DNA of 64,000 nt from the NCBI RefSeq assembly GCF_000143415.4, contig NW_003314333.1, forward strand, positions 633,207-697,206, in the 5' to 3' direction. The notes under the pieces are model-generated. The model had not been told where the DNA came from, did no database searches, and worked only from the letters and a program-made list of their open reading frames with translations. This DNA comes from Selaginella moellendorffii. Its lineage: Eukaryota > Plantae > Lycopodiophyta. This document shows positions 50,409-62,390 of this stretch, piece after piece. How positions within the stretch are numbered: the first letter of the stretch is position 1; each line of letters opens with the position of its first letter. A program made the translations under genes and the position numbers.

Positions 50409-53400
50409 TATGAGTGCATAGAATATAGAAAGAGAATACAGAAATATGCATATCAATTAGCCCAAAAACCCTAGCTTATATATAAGAGCGAGTGGTCCAG
50501 ATTGAAACCAATCCGACGGCTACCAAAATCCCACTATGCTAATATTAGTATACGGCATCGTAGCCGTACACTTAGCCCTCACATCATCCCCTCCTCTCGG
50601 AATAATGGAAGACTATCAGGATTCTCTTGTAGACGGGTTGGGATCTGGAGGAACATCAGGAGGAGGTATCGGCGGATCTGTAGATGGTATTAACTGCTCC
50701 TAATCCTTTTGTATGAAATGTTTCAACCACTGCACATGCACAATGTTTGGAGGATCGGCCTACTGGATGTCATGCTAAACCTCATAAACTTGTGGTCCAA
50801 CTTGCCGCAACACCCGATACGGTCCTTTCCACTGTGCAAGGAGCCCCTTAGATAAACCACATATCGTAAGATGGGGAAAACGGACTAACACCAAATCATC
50901 CATTTTGTACTCTGCAAGTGGACGATGATGGGAGTTGTAGTGCCGTTGTTGTCCCACTTGTACGCAGCCTAAGTGTTCGGCAAACTCTACTCGGACAAGT
51001 GGAAGAATGCTTGTCAAATATTGATCCCATGACCTAGCATTCGCAGCTCGTGGCAATCGCGAAGGTAAACCTAGCTCCGTTGGTAATATTGGATCATGAC
51101 CATATAGGAGTTTATATGGTGAAGCACCAACAGAACTCTGCACCCCAGTGACATACGCATACCGAAGAGACGGCAAATGACCATCCCAATCCGAATGCTG
51201 AAAGTTCACATACTTCGCAATCATCCCCTTGAACGTCCGAATGAGCCATTCCACCAGACCGTCTGATTGTGGATGATAAGCACTCGTGAAAGTGTGGCGA
51301 ATCCCCAACTGAGACGTCAAAATATGAAATGCCTCAGCCATAAATGCGGGACCATTATTTGAAAGAATCCGCTCTGGATAAGAATGCTGGAACACCACTC
51401 GATTGAGGAGGAAGTATCCAACAGTAGTTGCAGAGGCACTAGCAAGAGCACCAACTTCCACCCAATGAGTCAAATAATCAAAAGCAATAATAACATATTA
51501 ATTGCCAGCAGTCAACTGTGGAAAAGGTCCCATAAGATCAAATGCCACCAACTCAAACGGACGGGAAACTGCAATTGACTCCAACCGTCCTTCCGTAGCC
51601 CGAGGGGGAGTATTACAAGCTTAGCACCAAATGCAGCTACGCACATACCGGATAATATCATGTCGCATCTCCGGCCAATAGAAAGACTTGCGTAGCTTCT
51701 CAATTACATGACGATGTCCCATATGCCCACCTAGAACAGGAGAATCATGGTAGGCATGGAGAAATTGCAGAATAAAGATAGAAGGCACTACCAGCCATAA
51801 ATGATTATCAGGATCTGTCCTCACAAAATAAAGAAGGCCATCTTCAAGACGATATTGAGAATGTAAATGCCGGAAAGGCAAGTCATCAGCAAGTGATGCA
51901 GGATTCTCAAACCCATCTCGAAGCCTTCGAATCCAGGGCTCAATCTGTTGAGCCTCGCGAACCTCATCAAGCGAAGGTAGATTTTGCTCTGCACCTTATG
52001 GACACTGAACGTCAAGTATAGCAATTGTCGACGGCACAGAATCCTCGTCTAGAAAATCCACAGATGCTGGAATGAAAAGCTCATCAGAAACATGAGAAGA
52101 GAGTGAAGAAGGAAGAGGAGCTCAAGAAAGGGCATCAGCATCAGCCATAGAACTCCCTGGGCGGTGAACAACATCAAAATCATATATCTGAAGCTTCAAA
52201 GCCCACCGAGCAGTACTACCAACCAGGTTCTTCCGCTTTAATAACGAAGTAACAGTAGCATGGTCACCTTCAAGTAACATCTAAGAACCATGTAGATATG
52301 CATGAAGTTTCTCAAAACCCTAGATTGTTGCTAAACACTCCTTCTCTGTCGTGTCGTGGAGTAGTTCATCTCCGCTGGTTGTAATATACGGCTTATATAT
52401 GCAATGGGATGGCGCTGACTAGGCACACTCAAGCTCTCTTGCATTAACACACCTCTAAGACCAATGTCAGAAGCATCCACGTGCAAAATAAAAGGTCGAA
52501 TGTAGTCAGGATATGCCAAAATCGGAGGAGTTGTCAATAACTCTTTGATATCCCCGAACGCCCGCTCACAATCTGGAGACCAAATGAAAGACGATGTTGA
52601 TGACTTCAGCAACGCTCGCAATGGTGCAGTGCGATCAGAAAGATGATCCACAAAACGCCTGAGATATTGCACCTTGCCCAAGAAGCGCTACACGTCATTC
52701 ACACACTTTGGAGTAGGGAACTTTAGAACAGCCACAAGTTTGTCAGGATCAACTTGCAAACCCTCACAAGAAATACGGTACCCAAGATAAGTTGTGTTCT
52801 TGGATCTAAACACACACTTCAACCGCTTCAGTTTTAAACCAACATTGCATAGCCGATCCAACACTTTACAAACATCATGAACGTGCTCCTCCTACGTCCC
52901 CTCCGAGTGGATCAAGACATCATCAATGAAGTTAGCAGTCATCTCTGACATATTGCAAAGAACCTTGTCCATCATCTGTTGAAAAGTTGCTGGAGCATTG
53001 TTCAAACCAAATGGCATGACCAAGAACTCATACAAACCAAATGGTGTACGAAAAGCAGTCTTAGGAATATCTTCTTCGGCCATCGGTACTTGCCAATACC
53101 CAGAAGCAAGATCTAGCTTGGTGAACCAACGACTTCACCCTAGACGATCCAAGAGATCAGCAGTGTGAGGAAGAGGGTACACATCTGGGATCGTTACGTC
53201 GTTTAACGGACGATAATCGATGCAGAAACAAATACTCCCATCAGACTTCGTCACAACATGAGGTTCACATGCCCAAGGACTCCGCGACTTCCGAATAACA
53301 CCCTTCTCCAACATCTCCTTGACATTTGCACGTAAAATCTTGATCTCCTTTGGTGACCGATGACGAATAGGAACCTTGATTGGACGAGCATCCCCAGTTG

Positions 53401-55426
53401 GAATCGGATGACGTGTGGCAATCTTGGCTCCAGACGATAGGTCAAAGTCAAAAAGATCAGAATACTCCTTCATGAGCTGGTCAACTGCTGCAACACAAAG
53501 ATCGTCGGAGGGATCGAAAAAGAGAAGAGCAGAACAAGATGGAAACACATGAGGAAATAGTGGGGAAACAAAAGTAATGGAAGCAGAGGTAGAAGTAGAG
53601 GGATGAAGAAGTACGGAAGTGAGAGGAATGGATGAAACATAAGGAAGTATGAGACAAGGGGGAGAAACCTCAAAGTCACACTTGGCATGATTGCGCTGCA
53701 ACCAATCCATACCAAGAATGAGGTCAAAAGCTTGACTCAACACCACCCACAACGACTGCAACTCAAGCTCGAGATCGCCCACACGCACAACCAGGTCTGC
53801 CTCATCCCGTGCACATGCATGTGTACAGCCGTTGCCATAAAGAATGAAAATTGGTTTTGCCGCATGACGCAAGTGTAGATGACAACGTGTGGCAACAGGT
53901 CAAGCAATAGAAGATAAACTCGAACCTGTATCAACCAACACGGAGAGAATAATAGGAGACCTCTTGTTATAAAGACGAGCTTGGAAAATAAACACTAGAT
54001 GAACTGGTGCCGAGTGAACCGCTTGATGATACTTCTGAAAGAAAGATGGAGGGGTCATTGACTCATTCGCGCAAGGTCCCTCCATTACTCGCGTGACTCC
54101 TCGTTTCCTGGAGGCATCTCGGTGTCCAAACCTTCCATTGCAGCAGCACCAACGGGACGTTGCTGACGCCAAGGTCTCCACCCAGGAAATGGAGGTCGCC
54201 AATCCGGAAAACGTCGACAACGCCGATAAGTATGACCAACTTCATCACATGCCCAACAGCGAACATCACGGCCATGACCACGTCCTCGCCCTTGACCTTG
54301 GACTCGAGCAGCAGCAGCATCAACCTCCATTGAAACAGGACCATCACTCATAGGAAGTGGAGCTGAAGGATGTGCAGCGAGAAGTGGAAGAGGCGACGTC
54401 TTATAACATTGTGCCAAACAAAGAGCATCGTCAAGGGTGGCAGGAGCAAGTGCATGCACAAGTCCGACAAGATCTTGAAGAAGTCCTGGCCACAACATTC
54501 CTAGCTTGATCCGCTCTGACATATATGGCTCCGCACGAAGCAAAAGACTTCGAAAACGAACACCAAATTGCATCACTGACTCAGATGGCCATTGGCGAAG
54601 ACGATGCAATTGTTGGAAAACATCATCACAGTCATTGGCATGTCTGAAGGCGTGTTTGAAGACATCCGGAAGAACACTTCAATCCCCGCAAGTGGCTGCT
54701 CCCAAACCGTTGTACCACTGCAATGCCGTCCCTTGGAGACACGTGGGAAACTCACGCAAACGTCGAGCATCATCCCAAGAATGATATGTGGCAATCACCA
54801 TAAAGTGATCGAACCAATGGTACACATCATCCCCAGGATTCCTGTGAAAGAACTCTGGCCGAACGCGAGGATTGGCACCAAGAGCAGGAGGAGTTGTACC
54901 ATGGGCCGTGAACGCCGCCATCAACTGAGTTTGGTTGTTCAATTGCAAGTGCATAGCATCAAGCAATTGTACCAACTGCTGCTCCAAAGTCAAAGGAGGA
55001 GATTGCTGATCTGCCATGGAGACGAATGAAAAAGAAAGAGCAAAAGAAGAGAAATGACAAAAAACTAGAAGGAAATGGTAGATCTAGACAATGCAAAAAG
55101 TTAGATCTAAACCAAAATCCTGAAAGGAAAGAACAAAAGAAAGGAAATGGAAAAAGTTAAATTTAGACAATGCAAAAAGTTGGATCTAAACTGAAATCCC
55201 AAATTTAAGCACTCCCCAGGGACAATCAAAGGTGCCCCTCAACTCCACCAATGCGAATGCTTGGAATATAGAAAGGGAATATAGAAATATGCATATCAAT
55301 TAGCCCAAAAACCCTAGCTTATATATAGGAGTAAGTGGTCCAGATTGAAACCAATCCGACGGCTACCAAAATCCCACTACACTAATATTAGTATACGGCA
55401 TCGTAGCCGTACATTTAGCCCTCACA
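50409..55426 (-). mobile_element. Ty3/gypsy element D (short LTRs, no chromodomain), full length but pseudogenised
   Basis: 175-bp LTRs at 50409-50583 and 55252-55426. 4-bp TSD GAGC, PBS TGGTGGAGTTGAGGGG, PPT GAGAGGAGGGGATGA. Gag has a CWACDEVGHTYRRC knuckle; LVDTGSS (PR), FIDD (RT), HVDASD (RH) and YHPQSDGLVE (INT) are present, with many stops. Confidence 0.93.
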
Positions 55427-55689
55427 GAGCTAGAGATTATTATAATTAAATTAATATCAGAAATGCCCACATTATTATCATTATAAGACATGCAAGATAA
55501 GAAATCATAAACATTCTTTATAATAATAAATGAAAAACTATGAACAAGGTGCTATTGATAAATATTTAAATTAAAGTGTAATTTTACTTTATTTTAACTA
55601 TATAATAACAGGTTATAATAAGCAGTAAAGCTCGAACATACTTGAAGGGTAAAAAGCTTTATTGTGAACTTGGATCAATGCCTTGGATG

Positions 55690-56020
55690 GTGCTTTCTTC
55701 AATGGTGGCTGTCACTTGGTCATGACATAGCTTAAACAGTTTTATTGCAGTTATTATTGAAGTATTGAACTCTCAAACTTCCATTATAGCAAAGCTCTCT
55801 AGAAAAGGATGGCATTGCAATGTGAGTCTGCAAAGAGGAGGTTTATGCCAGATGTTTATATTGCAAATTGCATAGTTGACATGTATTCCAAGTGTGGAAG
55901 CTTTGTGGATGCACAGATGGGCTTGGACAACATTCAAGAATGTATCTAACACTCTGTTTCATGGAACACTATGTTTCTCAGGTATGTTGAAAGTGGTAAA
56001 GCCCACTTAGCTCTTATACC
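55690..56020 (+). pseudogene. PPR gene fragment
   Basis: DVYIANCIVDMYSKCGSFVDA...VSWNTM, with stops and frameshifts. Confidence 0.65.
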
Positions 56021-56059
56021 AGGTTATAGTATGTATATTTTCATATAAGATTGTTACTT

Positions 56060-56230
56060 TTTATGACTTGCTATATGATATGGAAATGTTTTGACTCTTA
56101 AATGGAACAAGTGAGTTGATTGATTGGATTTTTTATTCTTACCTGTGGTACTAATGAAATAGCTAGGTTGGATCCAAAGAAAACTGAGAAACTTGTCCAT
56201 ATCTATCAAAACTCTTGTATGTGGAGTAGA
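56060..56230 (+). pseudogene. hAT transposase C-terminal dimerisation-domain remnant
   Basis: YGNVLTLK.NK, an intron-like gap, then RLDPKKTEKLVHIYQN. This resembles the hAT RNRL...EKLVYV..N motif. Confidence 0.45.
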
Positions 56231-57202
56231 AGGCGACAACAATCCATTGATAAATAAACTGATGTTGAATTTGATATTACAAATTATGGAACAACACCTC
56301 TAGAGGCAGTAACTATAACCAGAGTAATAACTGGTGGAAGCAAAAGGGATTATGCTGAGGTTGACACAAATGACACATTCTCTAAATGTGAAAATAAGCA
56401 AGATGATGCTACTAAATAATTGAGAAGAAGGTTAGTAATATTATCACTTATTTTGCATGGAGTACTAAGAACTAAATTGTACTTTGCAATGGTGATGATG
56501 ACGAGTTGGAAACATTGTTAAGGGCATTAGATAATAAATCTGCCTTCATTTGCTATATACCAAATCCACAGGTCTAGGATGCTCCAGATATGGTTCAAGA
56601 GACACAAGTAATAGTTTGCAAGGAAGAGCTCTCCCACCTTCTCCTGAGATGCAAGTGCCTTGGAGATAACAGTTTTTGAGGAGATCCAGGAAATTTTTTT
56701 GAAGGAGGTGAAACAAGTAGCAAGAGAATAGAAGTTGGGGCACCAGAAACATTTTCAACTCTAAGTCTGTTGCCTCCAGCTCAGGCTCAAATTCATGCTT
56801 CTCCAATAGCTCACGCAGCTGCACAGCTCAAGTGACAAACCAAAGAAAAGTTGCAAATATAAATGCATTTTCAAGGCCACAACAATAATGTCAAATAAAA
56901 AGTATAAGTTTTTTCATCTCTTTTTCTATTCAGGCGATTCTCTGGCAAAGTGTTATACTCTGATGAAACACTTTGATATAATGAACTTGAATAAATAAAA
57001 TGAACCTGCATAATTCTTGTACCTTGCAATCATTGTTTGTCTATACTGTATAATATACATTGATGAACAGCCAGCCAGGCGCCCAGAACCTGCCTCAGGC
57101 AGGTTCTGGCTACCGGAACTTGCCGGTCTCAAAGTCAAGCATATATTAGTAACATTTTCTAGGCATTGCATAACATAGAAATTCCATTTTGCCCCCTGCA
57201 AG

Positions 57203-57700
57203 GTGTACAACAAGAAAATGATCAATCTCCTGTTTGTGAAGGTGAGAAACGGCACTACACTGATTTTCTACATACCTGCCTGGAAGGAGACCGTGTTGGA
57301 AGCCAAGACGGACTACAGTGAGTATGAGGTTCAGTACTACATCATAATGCCAGAGAACATCAAGCAAACTGACTTGCTGCCTGATGAGCAAGTTGGGGAA
57401 GTCCCCATAGTCGATGTACAGTTTAAGAAGCTCTCTGACGTCCGCAATGATTTAGGCTACTTCGACCAGCGGCTCATGTTGGCAGAACCTAGCATCCTGC
57501 AGCCGCGAGTGATGGACTATTGCATGGGCAGAAACCGTGACGACTACACACCTTGCGGAAACTGGGTTGAAAGGGGTGGCTACTGGCATACTGCAAGTTA
57601 CACGTGCAGGAAGTATGGCCTTTTTTGTGCTTTGATGCACTTGCTCTTTTTCACTTGCAGCAAAGACGTGATTCCAGACAAAGGCTATTTCAAGAAGTGA
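57203..57700 (+). CDS. Hypothetical protein (exon of an orphan gene, probably 5'-truncated)
   Basis: 165-codon coding-like ORF preceded by a splice-acceptor-like sequence. No family recognised. Confidence 0.4.
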   Translation: MYNKKMINLLFVKVRNGTTLIFYIPAWKETVLEAKTDYSEYEVQYYIIMPENIKQTDLLPDEQVGEVPIVDVQFKKLSDVRNDLGYFDQRLMLAEPSILQPRVMDYCMGRNRDDYTPCGNWVERGGYWHTASYTCRKYGLFCALMHLLFFTCSKDVIPDKGYFKK

Positions 57701-58284
57701 CGGCTCGAGTCAGGTGAGCGCAGTGAAGGTGAGCACTGCGTTTCTGGATTTCAAAACTAACTACTTCAGACAGATGTATGCTAATTTTTTTGGTGGGAGA
57801 ATTGCCCGCGTGCCGCTTATGACAAGGTGAGTGGTTCAGTCTCATGAGCGGATTTGCAGTTGGCAAAAGGTGTCCAAGCTGAGTTTCTTTTGAAGCTGGC
57901 GGCAAATGGATGAAGGCTTTGAGATCAAAAGAAGCTTCTTCACAAATTTGAAGAAATTGAGCTTAATTTATTGCCTTGAGCGTTTTGATGGAGTTATAAA
58001 ATTCTACCTTGAGCTTTTCACTGTGGAGTACATGTTTGAACTTTTGCAAAGATGATTTCTCAAAAATGTGGATTGAGACGTACATCTGCTTTGTGGGTCA
58101 TTGGTGCAGGACAAACGAGATGATGACGGTGTGAGGATTCCACCATTTTGTCACTGACATTGGAGTGCCCAAGGGAGTTAATAATATCGATAATCTGTAT
58201 GGTGATCAGCAGTGCCTATGCGCCTGAAATATTTGAGCACATTAGTATGAGCGAGGTATAAGGTTCTAGGGTTAGGGTCTCTCA

Positions 58285-60452
58285 ATGCGCTCGTGGCGTG
58301 GGAAGCGCCAGCGCGAGTATGTTACGGAGAGCCAAGCAAGGGAGGCGGTGAAGAAGATCCTGGCACTGGAGGAAGACGATCTGATTGATTCAGGTAAGCT
58401 GACGTCGCTGCCATACCCCGGAATGGGACGGTCCCCTTCTTCCATTCGGCCACCGGTGGATTTCAATTTTGTGGGCAAGGACACGTTGGATGGCTTGGTG
58501 AGGGAGTGGCATTTGGGATACACCGAGCTGGTTGTTTACGGGCCCAAGGGCATCGGGAAATCGTCTGAGTTTCGAGCGCTTGCGTGCCTCTTATACCAAA
58601 AGCTCAACACTGTGAAAGCCAAGCAAGAGTTGAGGGCTCGGGTGGTATTCCTGTGGGCGATCACGCTGCTGCAAGATATAGTTGCGGCCTTAAAGGATGC
58701 GCTCTTGTTTTCCTATCTGGTGGACAGTGTCGAGAATGTGGATGGCTGGCAAGAGGTTGAAGCTGTTATCAAGGCCATCAAGTCTACGCAAGATATCATC
58801 TCCTTCATCAGCAGTCGCAAGGGTGGCTCCAAGCCGGAGGTTTTTCATTTCCTGGTGGACGGTGGCGAGAAGCTAGACCCCGCGGATTTTCTCGGAAAGC
58901 CGGTGTTTAACTCGGAGCACCTTTCTGCAGTGGGTCGCCATTTACAGCAGGTTTTGGCAACAGGCGAAAGGGTCTGGTGGTGCACAAGCTCAAGAGCCAG
59001 CCAGGCAATCCAGGAGCTACCGTTTTACACTTACGGAAATGAAGGCTTCAACAACGTAAGTTCACTCTCACTTTTTTCTTTTTCTGATTTTATTTTTATT
59101 TTATTTTATTTGGCTGCATGCAGGATGAGTACTCCATCTATGCTTCAGACTGTATACTGGGGAAAATTCCTGCTCGTCGTGCAAGCATCTACTTCTACAC
59201 CGGACTTGTGCCACTTTTCCTCGACGTACTATGCGATTCGTGCAACTCCGTGATATGTGAAACAAAGCTACAGAGCAGTTTTCGGGATCGCAAGTTATGG
59301 GAGCGCAGCGGCTTAGCTGCAGCCATTCTGCTGGATGGCGACGACGAAGCGGATGCTTCAGCGCTCGAGGAAGAAGACGAGTACTGGGACGCGGTGATTA
59401 AGACGTTTTGTGAACATACCGAGCTAAAAGCTGTTTCGAGAAAGGCAGATCGAATAGTGGTGCAAGAGGACTACTTGACCGACGAGTCCATGGCAAGTCT
59501 CGACCCAACTTACGTCCTCAACGCTGGAAAGGGCCAATACTGCTCGCCTTACATAAAAACAGTCTACGTGAAGACCGTGCGCTCCAAAGAAGAAGTTGCC
59601 AAGCCCCATGCCAACGGAGTGTGGTTGGCATATGCAAGCCGCAAGCTGTCAGATACAGGTGAAATCGACTGGTCGTGCCTGGGCCACCTCTGCGAGGACG
59701 TTCTAGCCAGCGTGATTCCAAAGAAAGGCTTGGTCCTCGGGCAGCTTAAAGTGCGCGGAGCTATCTGTGTCGAAACGTTTAACAGCATCCCGTCGAGAAC
59801 CATCAAGTCACTGGTACAGCTGAAGCCAAATTCAGGGTATTATTACAAGCCTTGGGAGCGTGCCTTCCCGGACGTGGATGGCGTGATTGTGTGGGTGGAC
59901 GAGAAGGGCGAGCTGCATGTTGTAGCGCTGCAGTTCACCGTCAACATTGACAGGCATTTACATTCTGCGGACCAGTTCATGAGCTTGGCATCCCTGAAGC
60001 GCTGGTTCCCAGACATTGAAGAGTATGTGATGGACACGGCATCGACGTCGCAGCCGCCAGTGTCGCCATCGACGGTGAAGCTGCACTTCGCATTCATTGG
60101 CTGTTCTTCACGGCCTGGCGTTTGCAGTAGCGAGAAGAAGTTCACACTCAAGAAGCGGAGGCGTACGGTGATCGGAACGCCTGCCTACATGCTGCACGTT
60201 CAACCATTTGATACTGACTCGATTCCAGGTTTGAGTGCGGATGATTACAAAGTGTTGGTAGACATTACTCAGCACAGGACGTGGACAGGAAAGAGCAACT
60301 ACACACAAGTCTGTGATGACGGGTTTGGCCTCCTCGCTCTCTCCAGAAAAGAGCTAGAGAAAATGGCCAAGGAGGATTTTGGAATCCCTGACCCAGGTCA
60401 TAACGTCTACAAAAACAAGGCACTGCTTATCAATGCGATGCTCTCAACGTGA
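58285..60452 (+). CDS. Second Crinkler/RHS-effector-like protein: P-loop NTPase + REase-fold domain + short helical (HeH/SAP-like) tail
   Basis: Walker A GPKGIGKS, Walker B FLVDGG, GFN.DE / TGLVP, and REase-like P...FPDVDGVIV...VALQFTVN. Intron 59056-59123 joins the two ORFs in frame. Confidence 0.75.
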
Positions 60453-61052
60453 CAATTGACATTGCTAACTCAAATAAAAATAAAAGAGTTAAAATTTGCT
60501 ACAGCCGAGTCAGAAACATGATGATTTGTGGTTGGCACTGTTTTTACAAGTATTATTCATCATTTTTGTTCTTGAATATTGACCTTCTTTAGCTGGTGTC
60601 CAGGGTTTATATTTTAAAAGAGGAATTGAGGAAGGTAGCATTAGAAGAATGTTATAACGAGAATCTTTTGCAAGACATAATAGAGTGCTTAAAACAATAC
60701 ACTAACTGAATATAACTAAGATATAAAAGAATATGTAAATGCATGTTCGACATGTTAACAGGTGGAGGTTTATTGTAAAGTCTCTTAATCCCAGACCATT
60801 TGTGGAAATGCCTTACCATGGACGTTATCATGGAATGCACCCTAATTAATAGGTTTGATGTGATATTTGTGGCGGTAGATTGATTTTAAAAAATGGTGCA
60901 TTTTATACCCATCACAACAGAAATGGATGTGGAAGGTGTAGTGAATATGTTCTTTGAAGAAGTGGTTCAGATGCAAGGAAATCCAGAAGAAATTTATTTC
61001 AGACTAAGATAAAATATTTATTAGTAAGTTCTAAAAAACTTTCTTATAGTAG

Positions 61053-61915
61053 TGTAAGCAATTAAAAAGGACAACTTGAGAGATAATTCATAGTTTAAAT
61101 ATAAAGGGAAAAGGCCCATGAACAAAAGTGCACCCTTTTTTCCAATCAGTTAAGGGTCTTGGGATAATTAGGGTTAAGTGTCCTTAGGTTTAAATAGTAC
61201 TGGGTTGGGTGTGGTAGGTTTAGTTTGCTCCAGTTGGGCTCAACCCAAAGGATAGGGTGTTTAAAGAGTAGGGTTCTCAGGAGAGTTGTGGCTTTCAGCT
61301 TCCATTCACGAGGGCGTGAACTTGCAAAAAGGGCCCTGCAATCAAATGATCACCTCTTTAGCCAGTTGGCTTAGGGTGTAAGGGATAGGATCCTAATAAT
61401 GGTATCGGAGCCCAATTCGATTCTTGTGGTTGACGAGTGAGGCAGAATATTCTGAAGGAATATTCAACATGGTGGATCTAGAGGGAGAACCAAGGTTTGG
61501 TAAACCCTAAGAGAAGGACCATGGTGACCGGAGGGTGGCCTAAGTATGATCGCGTGTTAAGCACCAGGTCAGGATAATAGGATAAGGAAAGGGCCCTGCA
61601 ATCAAGTGATCACCCCTTTAGCCAGTTGGCTTAAAGCATAGTGGATTGTAAGCAACTAAAAAGAATAACTTGAGAGATATAGGGTTTAAATATAAAAGGA
61701 AAGGGCCCATAAACAAAAGTGCACCCCTCAATCCACCAAAGATGATGACTTGAGAGACATGGGGTTTAAATATAGAGGGAAATGGCCCATGAACAAAAGT
61801 GCACCTTTTTTTTCAATCTGTTAAGGGTCTTGGGATAATTAGGGTTAAGTGTCTTTGGGTTTGAATAATACTAGGCTAAGTGACCTCCCGGGAAGTCCAA
61901 AGTTAGAAGCTTACA
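61053..61915 (+). mobile_element. Cassandra-like TRIM (5S-rRNA-like LTR), chimeric
   Basis: TGTAAG...CTTACA ends and TSD AGTAG (61048-61052, 61916-61920). LTR copies at 61053-~61211 (truncated) and 61647-61915, with a PBS at 61400-61411. Segment 61844-61898 resembles the 5S rRNA A-box to C-box region. Confidence 0.8.
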
Positions 61916-61966
61916 AGTAGTATCACACTAAATTGAAATTCAGCACAAACTATCACCAATAAAAAT

Positions 61967-62013
61967 GTATTAAGTATTGAGTTAAGTTATATAGTAATAA
62001 CCAGTCTTGATAG
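61967..62013 (+). other. Intron remnant (47 nt) at the same position as 14018-14063
   Basis: GTATTAAGTATTGAGTTAAGTT...TAACCAGTCTTGATAG|ATGGACAAACAGAAAGG aligns to intron 1 of element C and its downstream exon. Confidence 0.85.
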
Positions 62014-62195
62014 ATGGACAAACAGAAAGGGTGAATAGACAATTAAAGGATTATTTATGATATTATGTCTCTGAAGACTAAATAGACTTGGTAAATTATT
62101 TAAGATTTGCAAAACTATGCTATAACAATTCACCCAATTTGGTATTCATAAACTATCAAAAGCACAGAGACATAGAGTATTAATTTGGGGAGAAG

Positions 62196-62390
62196 TGTAA
62201 GCCCTTGAATTTGGACTTCCCAAGATGTCACCCATCTTAATATTATTCAAACCCAAGGACGTTTAATCCCAAATATCTCAATGCCCTTAACCGATTAGAA
62301 AAAGGGATACACTTTTATTCATTAATCTTTTTATTTTATATTTAAACCCTATTGAATTATTTTTCAAGTTGTTCTCTTTGATTGTTTATA
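62196..62390 (-). repeat. Degenerate solo Cassandra-like LTR (a further fragment lies at ~62545-62640)
   Basis: Reverse complement of the 61647-61915 LTR, including the 5S-like GGACTTCC...GTCACCCATC segment. Confidence 0.7.

Larger units (their letters stand above)
60740..62140 (+). pseudogene. Degenerate integrase remnant of the element C family, split by a TRIM
   Basis: [26 protein letters not shown], and after the [15 protein letters not shown]...DGQTERVNRQL. Colinear with the minus strand of 13900-14380. Confidence 0.85.

Noticed and set aside
61844-61898. 5S rRNA gene
   Set aside because: It is a partial, diverged match embedded in a TG...CA LTR, so it is a Cassandra-type segment and not an rRNA gene.
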